DNA of 57,403 nucleotides from a virus (Duplodnaviria; Caudoviricetes), in the IMG/VR virus record IMGVR_UViG_3300046170_000265, positions 1-57,403 of that record; one strand, written 5' to 3'. Under the pieces are notes generated by a model. That model made no database searches, was not told the origin of the DNA, and saw only the letters and a list, made by a program, of their open reading frames with translations. This document shows, piece after piece, positions 21,141 to 27,638 of the stretch; positions within the stretch are counted from its first letter, which is position 1; every line of letters starts with the position of its first letter. The translations under genes were made by a program, and so were the position numbers.

Positions 21141-21316
21141 TGCTGCACCTCCGCCAGATCCCTGACAATCGCGCCGAGCTGGTAATAAGCGTCTGCGCTG
21201 CGGGTGTAATTGGTTGAAGACATTCTCTCTTGGTCACCACGACGATTGTTCATGGCCTCATCGAGGTCGTCCATTGCACGTTGAATTTCCTTAATTGCTC
21301 TCGTTAAGGGGTCCAT
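21128..21316 (-). CDS. Hypothetical protein
   Basis: Overlaps its neighbours in the operon; helical composition. Confidence 0.55.
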   Translation of the reverse strand: MDPLTRAIKEIQRAMDDLDEAMNNRRGDQERMSSTNYTRSADAYYQLGAIVRDLAEVQQWRS

Positions 21317-22038
21317 AGTATGATCTCCTGTATTTCGTCATGCCAATCGGTCCAGCGCAGTATCCTGGCTAGCCTGGCTTGTTGAATTGCGTCGTCACGG
21401 GTCATTCCGGCTTTGATGAAAGCTTGCTCGACTAATGACCAAGCTGGCCTCGAGCCGAGTATGGTCTCAGCCTTTTTTGGGCCGATCCCAGGCACACCTT
21501 TGTATCCATCAACTGGATCACCGGTCAGAACCTGGGTAAAAAACGCCCTATCAGCATCTTCTTCGCTGATCTCTAAGGTTTCATTGGTCATTGGTCGATA
21601 TAACCGGCCTGGTATTGTCCTGAGATCCTTATCGTCTGATACCATGATGCATTTGCCCTGGTTGACTGGCATGGTCGCCAGTATTCCAAGGCAATCATCT
21701 GCTTCCAGGCGTGGTTTGCGGAATGTCTTGAAGTTGTCTTCAACCCAGTCGCAAAGGGCCACATAACCAACAGGTTTGCGTGTGCCTTTACGATTGGATT
21801 TATATGACGGGTCAACAACCTTGCGAAAGTTAGCCTTGTGATCAGATAGACAGCAGACGTAATCCTTTACGCCCAGCGTGTCTGTGATCTTGGTAATTTG
21901 CGTTTCGAAGAGGTTCTTGGCTTCTTTGAGATCGGTCCATAAGGACCAGATATCATCGCCCATGTCATATTCCTGCTCAGCTGCTGTGGCAGCTCGAAAC
22001 ATCAGGATGTCAGTGTCGAGGGCTAAGAACATCTTCAA
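21304..22038 (-). CDS. 5'-3' exonuclease (T7 gp6-like)
   Basis: YKSNRK, LEADD, SDDKD and GDPVDGYKGVPGIGPKKA motifs. Confidence 0.92.
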   Translation of the reverse strand: MKMFLALDTDILMFRAATAAEQEYDMGDDIWSLWTDLKEAKNLFETQITKITDTLGVKDYVCCLSDHKANFRKVVDPSYKSNRKGTRKPVGYVALCDWVEDNFKTFRKPRLEADDCLGILATMPVNQGKCIMVSDDKDLRTIPGRLYRPMTNETLEISEEDADRAFFTQVLTGDPVDGYKGVPGIGPKKAETILGSRPAWSLVEQAFIKAGMTRDDAIQQARLARILRWTDWHDEIQEIILWTP

Positions 22039-22360
22039 TCCCCTCCATGGCCGCTAGGCCGTCCTGGGTAATCATCCAGACATTGCCGTAAGTGCTTTCA
22101 CCGATTTTGGTTGAGATCAGGCCATCACTGGCACAGATCCCAATTTCAGTGGCTGCCATCCTGGCAAAGTCACTTTTGGTGGTAAATGGGCTTTGCCTGG
22201 CTTTTGCCAGGGTCGACCAGATAGCCATTAGGCCCTCTAAATCTTCATCAGTGGGTGTCTGCCCAAGTGGCTCCGACTGAGTATTCGGCGTCGATTGGGA
22301 TTGAGAAGTTGAAGTATCTCCCCGCTTCTTGCGCCATTCGTCTAGCGAGATTACCGACAT
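22010..22360 (-). CDS. 116-aa protein overprinted on the 3' end of the polymerase gene, starting MSVISLDEWRKKR
   Basis: AAAGGAGA RBS 8 nt before the ATG at 22360; motif, S/T/Q linker and folded-looking C-terminal domain. Confidence 0.65.
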   Translation of the reverse strand: MSVISLDEWRKKRGDTSTSQSQSTPNTQSEPLGQTPTDEDLEGLMAIWSTLAKARQSPFTTKSDFARMAATEIGICASDGLISTKIGESTYGNVWMITQDGLAAMEGIEDVLSPRH

Positions 22361-24011
22361 GATGTGGGTCTCCTTTCGTTTGAATTTGAACCTCGTCGTG
22401 AACCCATGCGATGATGGTTGCGTCGAGTTGTTGGTGTTTGATTTCTTCGTCAATGAGCTTGATCCAGGCTTTAGAGATCAAAGCTGCGGCTGATTGCAGT
22501 AAGACATTCAGGTGTGCATGACCTCGAACCGGCAGTTTCCTGCCGTCCAGGCCAATAAGATGGCCCCTGCTCTCGACAACAGCCTTGAGTTGCCGTGTCA
22601 GCTCTTTGAAGGCTGGGTTGCTTCTGTAAAAGGCGTCACGCAGCTGCCGGCCTTCTTTGGCCGAGCCGCCGACAACCTCACCAAGCTTGCTATCGCCACC
22701 GCCGAAAATGAGGCAATAAATGGCGGTCTTAGCCTGATTTCTGTCAGTTAGACCCATGTCGTGCATATTCTGCGTGTGAATATCGCCCTGCATGATCGTG
22801 TCAGCGTATTTGCCACCATCCTGTAGGAAATGTGCCAAACAGCGCAGCTCGATGCCTGAAAGATCAGATCCGACTAAGGTGAAACCATTTGGAACTGTAA
22901 ACAGCTGGCGCACCTCAAGCCCGTATTCGGCTCGAGTTGAGACAACTTGCTGGAGATTTGGTGCAAAGCTCGATGCTCGACCAGTTACGGTACCCATTGG
23001 ATTGATGGTGTGGCGTAACTTACCATCACCGTCGACCAACGCCATATAGGCGTATTTGCCTTCTGCCAGTGCGCCTAACCGCTTTTGCAGCATAAACGAC
23101 CGGCTCAGCTTTTGAGCTTCTGGGTAGCGCAGCTGCGCCAATATTGTTTCATCGATCTTGGCGTCGCCCTGAACTGTGAAATTCTTGGGCTTCCAGCCGT
23201 ACTTTTTGCGTAGGCAGTATTCAATGTGCTTGCGTGAATTTGGATTGAAGACGACTTCACGCTGTTTGATAAAAGGTACACCTTTTTCGTAACCTAACTT
23301 GCTGTTGTTAACCTTTGGTATGAACTCTTCTTCTAGATACCAATTAGGAAACAATGTCTGCAGCTCATCTTCGATCGTCGACTGTTCCAATGACAACTGC
23401 GCGTATAGCGAAGCTGCCTTGTCTGTGTCGAAAGTCCAACCGGCATTACCAATGCGGCTGCATAACTCAGCGACTGTATGCTCAAATCTAATTGCTTTGA
23501 ATGACCACTTGTGTGGGGCTAACGCCTCCCACAAAACGTGGTTAACCTTGACGTCCTGAAGACAATAGTCAGACATGGATTGCGTCCATTCTGACCAATC
23601 TGTTTGCTCACCAAAATCACCTTTGTGTATGCCAAGACGTACACCCCACGCCTTTAGGCTGTGACTTCCGTACATTTTCTTTGGGAAATCGTCAGCATGA
23701 CGTGGGGTTGCGTAGTCTTCATTCCTAAGATCGGAATGGATCAACCTGGACAGGACAAGTGTGTCTGTCAGCAGGATGTCGGCATGATTGAAGGTGGGAT
23801 AGACTTTTTCCAGCGCAGGGATATCAAAGGCCAAGATATTATGGCCAATCAGCTCCTTGGCTGACTGCAGCAACTCAACGCCAGCCTCGATCTCCCCTGG
23901 GTTAAATACCCAGGTTTGATCGGGGTTATCGGCGTTAACAGCTGCTATGCAGTGGATTTTGGTAAGGTGGTTCAGGAAGCCGTCAGTTTCGACATCGAAA
24001 ACCAAGCGCAT
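22248..24011 (-). CDS. Family A DNA polymerase (T7 gp5-like)
   Basis: Exonuclease motifs DVET, GHNILAFD, YCLQDV; polymerase motifs DLSGIELR, AKTAIY, VHDE. Confidence 0.96.
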   Translation of the reverse strand: MRLVFDVETDGFLNHLTKIHCIAAVNADNPDQTWVFNPGEIEAGVELLQSAKELIGHNILAFDIPALEKVYPTFNHADILLTDTLVLSRLIHSDLRNEDYATPRHADDFPKKMYGSHSLKAWGVRLGIHKGDFGEQTDWSEWTQSMSDYCLQDVKVNHVLWEALAPHKWSFKAIRFEHTVAELCSRIGNAGWTFDTDKAASLYAQLSLEQSTIEDELQTLFPNWYLEEEFIPKVNNSKLGYEKGVPFIKQREVVFNPNSRKHIEYCLRKKYGWKPKNFTVQGDAKIDETILAQLRYPEAQKLSRSFMLQKRLGALAEGKYAYMALVDGDGKLRHTINPMGTVTGRASSFAPNLQQVVSTRAEYGLEVRQLFTVPNGFTLVGSDLSGIELRCLAHFLQDGGKYADTIMQGDIHTQNMHDMGLTDRNQAKTAIYCLIFGGGDSKLGEVVGGSAKEGRQLRDAFYRSNPAFKELTRQLKAVVESRGHLIGLDGRKLPVRGHAHLNVLLQSAAALISKAWIKLIDEEIKHQQLDATIIAWVHDEVQIQTKGDPHHVGNLARRMAQEAGRYFNFSIPIDAEYSVGATWADTH

Positions 24012-24433
24012 TAGCGGTTGTCGCCATTTCCACGCAATTGGTCTCGTCTGTCTCGATCCTGCAGCTTTTCTAGGTTCAGCTCAGCAATTTCTTCGAGCTG
24101 GTAACCAATGTCGTTTGCTACAGCTGTGACATACCAAAGCACGTCACCAAGCTCTTTTGCGATTTCGTGGCGCATCCTGGAACGCATCTCGATCATCGGT
24201 TCTTCCAGTGCAGTGTCATCGTGTTCACCGTCACGGAAGTATTTCTTCAGTTTTTCTGCGACTTCGCCGGCTTCGCCAACTAGACCAAGCACTGGATAAA
24301 CCAATGCACCTGGGTAGATGGCTGTTTGCATTGCCGATACGGCATAATCCTCGAAAGTCATGGGAAACGTATCCCAGTCTTCGAAATTATCGTTATCAGC
24401 ATCGAAATCATCGAATAGGTCACGCATGGTCAT
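24011..24433 (-). CDS. mazG: MazG-like nucleotide pyrophosphohydrolase
   Basis: GLVGEAGEVAEKLKK, KELGDVLWY and C-terminal GNGDNR. Confidence 0.9.
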   Translation of the reverse strand: MTMRDLFDDFDADNDNFEDWDTFPMTFEDYAVSAMQTAIYPGALVYPVLGLVGEAGEVAEKLKKYFRDGEHDDTALEEPMIEMRSRMRHEIAKELGDVLWYVTAVANDIGYQLEEIAELNLEKLQDRDRRDQLRGNGDNR

Positions 24434-26139
24434 GGTAATTCTCCTTGTGGTTTGTACTCAGGTGAAACCAATTGATCGGGTTCATCATCTGAGCCGAGTA
24501 GATGTGTAAGTTCTTCTTCAAGCAGTCGACCGCTATCCCTGTTGAAGACTAGAGTTCCGGCGTTGCTTGAGGTTTGTCCGGTAAAGCGATTTTTCAGGAC
24601 CGCTAGGTGTCGAATGTCGCTGTCTGGTTCGTCACGATCGACGTTGAGTGCAATGACAGCATCACTTAGCTGACCAAGGCTTGCCGATCCTCTGAGATGG
24701 TTCAACCTGACCGGCTGACCACCACTTTCATGGCCTGAGTTCCCTTCGGGGCGACGGACGTGCGACACCAGGATTAAACCAATGCCCAGCTCCTGGACTA
24801 ATGTCCGCAGCTTAGTCATGGCGTAATCAATCAGTTGCCGCTCGTTACCAAAGCCCCCTGCTCCCATTTGGGTGCAAAGGATTGAGATGTGATCCAATAC
24901 GATCCAACGGACACCCAAGGCTTTCACCATGTAGGTAATCCGTTGACAGATCAGATCGACGTCTGAGCTACCAAAATGGTCATAGAGGTAGACAGGATGC
25001 CGGCCATCACCGAACAAGTCGTCGAAGGCTGCAACGATCTCTTCATCAGTTGCCAGGCTTCGATCGATCGTAATGTTCTTGCTCATGTGTGTGCCAACCA
25101 GGCCAAGCAAGGTCCGCTTGTTGCTTTCTTCAAGCATAATCAAGCCAACCTGCTCACCGGATTGGTGCAGGTGATAGCAAATCTCTTTCACGAAAGTTGA
25201 TTTCCCGATCCCAGAGCCAGCAGCAATTGTGACCAGCTCATACGGTCTTAACCCGTGCAGAATGTCATTTAGCACCGAGTAAGGGTATGTGATGGATGAG
25301 GCTGCATCATCCACAGCAATTGCGCTTCTGAGATCGGTAGCAGCCACGATCCCGTCAGGCCGATAGTCACGGGCCTGAAAGATCGCCTGAATTACTTCTG
25401 CTGATTTACCTTGGACCAGGCACTCATTGGCGTCCTTGCAGGGTAAATATGCAATTTTGCATCTACCGACAGGTAGTGTTTCTGCGACAGCCAGGGCCGC
25501 ATTTTGGCCGCTACTGTCCATATCGAACATCAGGATCACTTCCTCGAAGCCGAGAACGTAATCCCAATTGTCTTTAATTGCTTTGACAGCCGATGGTGCG
25601 CCATTAGGCAGCGACACCACTGGCCATCTGTTGTTTTGGATCTGTGAGACGCTCAGGCAGTCAATTTCACCTTCTGTGATGACCAGCTTTTTTCCGCTGC
25701 GCCATAGGTGTGACCCAAACAACGTGCTTTCACGTTGGTTGCCAATGATTGAGAACCTTTTGTCTTTGGTCCTGAGCTTCTGGGCAACAGGTTTGCCATG
25801 CTTGTCTCGATAGACAGCAATCTGCGTCTCTTGCCCGTTGTGTTTACCAACCAGGTATCCAAACTTTTTGCAGGTCGCCTCAGTTAATCCTCGAGCTGGT
25901 ATCGCTTTTGGGATGCCCGAGAGTAAGACTTCTTGTTTCGTTTGACCTTGGTTCGGTACTGGTTGCGGTTTGTCGCCAACTGGCGAGCCACCGGATTTCT
26001 CACTGCCACTATAGGTGGTACAGGAGAAACAGAACGTATGTCCGTCATCAAATACTCCATTTGCGTCTGATGAGCCGCAAGCATCACAGCTGGTATGAGT
26101 TACGAACTGTGATTGGCTCTCCTTTGGTATTGCTTGCAT
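24430..26139 (-). CDS. Primase/helicase (T7 gp4-like)
   Basis: Zn finger CDAC..CFSC, TOPRIM TEGEIDC and FDMD, Walker A AGSGIGKS, LDH, LRGS, KNRFTG; AGGAGAG RBS before MQAIP. Confidence 0.95.
   Translation of the reverse strand: MQAIPKESQSQFVTHTSCDACGSSDANGVFDDGHTFCFSCTTYSGSEKSGGSPVGDKPQPVPNQGQTKQEVLLSGIPKAIPARGLTEATCKKFGYLVGKHNGQETQIAVYRDKHGKPVAQKLRTKDKRFSIIGNQRESTLFGSHLWRSGKKLVITEGEIDCLSVSQIQNNRWPVVSLPNGAPSAVKAIKDNWDYVLGFEEVILMFDMDSSGQNAALAVAETLPVGRCKIAYLPCKDANECLVQGKSAEVIQAIFQARDYRPDGIVAATDLRSAIAVDDAASSITYPYSVLNDILHGLRPYELVTIAAGSGIGKSTFVKEICYHLHQSGEQVGLIMLEESNKRTLLGLVGTHMSKNITIDRSLATDEEIVAAFDDLFGDGRHPVYLYDHFGSSDVDLICQRITYMVKALGVRWIVLDHISILCTQMGAGGFGNERQLIDYAMTKLRTLVQELGIGLILVSHVRRPEGNSGHESGGQPVRLNHLRGSASLGQLSDAVIALNVDRDEPDSDIRHLAVLKNRFTGQTSSNAGTLVFNRDSGRLLEEELTHLLGSDDEPDQLVSPEYKPQGELP
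24459..24476 (-). promoter_or_regulatory. Putative phage RNAP promoter upstream of mazG and the polymerase
   Basis: ATCAATTGGTTTCACCTG variant of the repeated motif. Confidence 0.6.
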
Positions 26140-26165
26140 TGCTGTCTCTCCTGTAATTGCTTGAA

Positions 26166-26378
26166 CTAGGCCAGGCTGTAACGTGTGTAACGCTGGCCTA
26201 GGTTGTCTTTCTTCCATTCACTGATGATCTCAAATCCAGCTTCACGCAGGTCAGCGATCCGTCGCGTAAGCGATCTGATCCGGTAAAGATCATTTGCTTC
26301 GACAAACGTGATACTGCCCACGTCAATCAAGTGGTTCAGGACTAGTTGGTATTGGGATTGCCCCATGTATTTCTTCAT
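26166..26378 (-). CDS. Small winged-HTH protein
   Basis: SITFVEA..LYRIRSLTRRIADLREAG pattern; start uncertain. Confidence 0.7.
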   Translation of the reverse strand: MKKYMGQSQYQLVLNHLIDVGSITFVEANDLYRIRSLTRRIADLREAGFEIISEWKKDNLGQRYTRYSLA

Positions 26379-26806
26379 GCGTCTTCTCCTTCTGTTAGCC
26401 ATTCGGTTGGGATTGATTTGTTCGCGTACTCAAACCCATGCTTGTCGCACCACTGGGCATATGTAGTTGGGCTGCCTTTGTAGAGACGGGCATTTTGGTT
26501 TGAGAACACGAAACGAATGTCGATTTCAGGGTGCTGATCACGGATAAGCAGATGCTTTTGTCGGTCGTCGACTAGCCAGCGGCCCTTGGTTTCGACATAA
26601 AAAAAGCCGCCTGGCTTAGGCAGCTTAAAATCTGGGCGATAGGTGGATGATCGCTCCGGCCAGAGATAACTGATCTTATCCTGTTCGTATTGAACTATAA
26701 GACCAGCGTCCTCGATTTGGCGGGAAACACTGTCTTCTAAGCCAGAGCGGTAGCCATTCTTGATGGCCCGTTTTCGTAGCTTAGAAATTGTATGCTTGAC
26801 CTCCAT
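26375..26806 (-). CDS. Endonuclease I / Holliday junction resolvase (T7 gp3-like); start uncertain
   Basis: YRSGLE, YRPDF, VETKG, HLLIRDQHPEIDIRFVFSN. Confidence 0.92.
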   Translation of the reverse strand: MEVKHTISKLRKRAIKNGYRSGLEDSVSRQIEDAGLIVQYEQDKISYLWPERSSTYRPDFKLPKPGGFFYVETKGRWLVDDRQKHLLIRDQHPEIDIRFVFSNQNARLYKGSPTTYAQWCDKHGFEYANKSIPTEWLTEGEDA

Positions 26807-27350
26807 CACCTTCTGCAGCTGGTTGATTGTCGTTAGCTGCTGATAGGTTGTCATTGGCGGCTACAAAGCCACCCTCTTCAGCTGCGAATGAAACACTTGA
26901 GGTTTCACCTTGAGACAGCTCAACGATCTGGACGCCAGCAAGTTGCAGTGAAACACCTTTGTTTCCACCTGCGACATAGGGGTAAATCGTGCCAGCGAGT
27001 TTCAATGTAGAGCCGCCGAAGATTGGCGGAACATTGTTTTCGCTGATCAGGTTGCCCTGGCTGTCCATGATCTTTGGTCTGAATTTCGATTTGGTAACGA
27101 TAATCAGCTGGCCTGTATCCTCATCCGTTTTGAACGGGAGGCGTACATTTTGCGCTTCTTTGGTGCCAAATTCGTTGTTTGCTGCTTCCTGGACCGCTTT
27201 GATCAGGTCCGCAGCATCAGCTTTGTCCAGCTTCAAGTTGACCTTGAACTGGCCGTTGCTGTCGAATTGAAAGTCTGCCTTGTTTAACCAAGGGTACATT
27301 GCGATGCCTTTAGCGGTGCTAAAGGTCAGTTTCTTCTTCGTGTTTGCCAT
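26781..27350 (-). CDS. ssb: Single-stranded DNA-binding protein (T7 gp2.5-like)
   Basis: GIAMYPWL, GGSTLK, GVSLQLAGVQI, acidic tail ending in Phe; AAGGAG RBS. Confidence 0.85.
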   Translation of the reverse strand: MANTKKKLTFSTAKGIAMYPWLNKADFQFDSNGQFKVNLKLDKADAADLIKAVQEAANNEFGTKEAQNVRLPFKTDEDTGQLIIVTKSKFRPKIMDSQGNLISENNVPPIFGGSTLKLAGTIYPYVAGGNKGVSLQLAGVQIVELSQGETSSVSFAAEEGGFVAANDNLSAANDNQPAAEGDGGQAYNF

Positions 27351-27513
27351 TGTGTGAATAATCTCCTTTTTCAGTGGCTTTAAATGTTGGCTCACCTAAA
27401 TATTCCAGCGATAAGCCGAGCTGGTCTGCCTGTGCGAGCAGGTCTAGTGGTATTGGGTCGCCGCGCTGGCGATATATCTGTGCCAGCCCAAGCAACTCCT
27501 CGATGGGATGCAT
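27319..27513 (-). CDS. Hypothetical protein (64 aa)
   Basis: AAAGGA RBS before MHPIEELL, just downstream of a phage promoter. Confidence 0.55.
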   Translation of the reverse strand: MHPIEELLGLAQIYRQRGDPIPLDLLAQADQLGLSLEYLGEPTFKATEKGDYSHNGKHEEETDL

Positions 27514-27547
27514 TAAGTTTCCTTTTTCCTGTTGATAGGGTTGTCTG

Positions 27548-27565
27548 TAGGTGAAACCAATTAAT
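27548..27565 (-). promoter_or_regulatory. Putative phage RNAP promoter
   Basis: ATTAATTGGTTTCACCTA, repeated intergenic motif shaped like the T7 promoter TAATACGACTCACTATA. Confidence 0.8.
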
Positions 27566-27579
27566 GGCTCCAAACGCAC

Positions 27580-27604
27580 AAAAGGCGGCCCGAGAGCCGC
27601 CCTT
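27580..27604 (-). terminator. Intrinsic terminator after the RNAP gene, between two phage promoters
   Basis: GGCGGC/GCCGCC stem followed by TTTTGTGCGTTT on the minus strand. Confidence 0.7.
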
Positions 27605-27609
27605 GTACA

Positions 27610-27627
27610 TAGGTGAAACCAATTAAA
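27610..27627 (-). promoter_or_regulatory. Putative phage RNAP promoter
   Basis: TTTAATTGGTTTCACCTA copy of the motif. Confidence 0.8.
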
Positions 27628-27638
27628 TCGGTGTCACG

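Noticed and set aside
26166-26378. HTH protein as the missing lysogeny repressor
   Set aside because: It lies inside the phage-RNAP-driven replication operon, so it is unlikely to be expressed in a lysogen.
26897-26910. Plus-strand partial promoter match GGTTTCACCT inside ssb
   Set aside because: It lacks the upstream TAATT element and is explained by the coding sequence.
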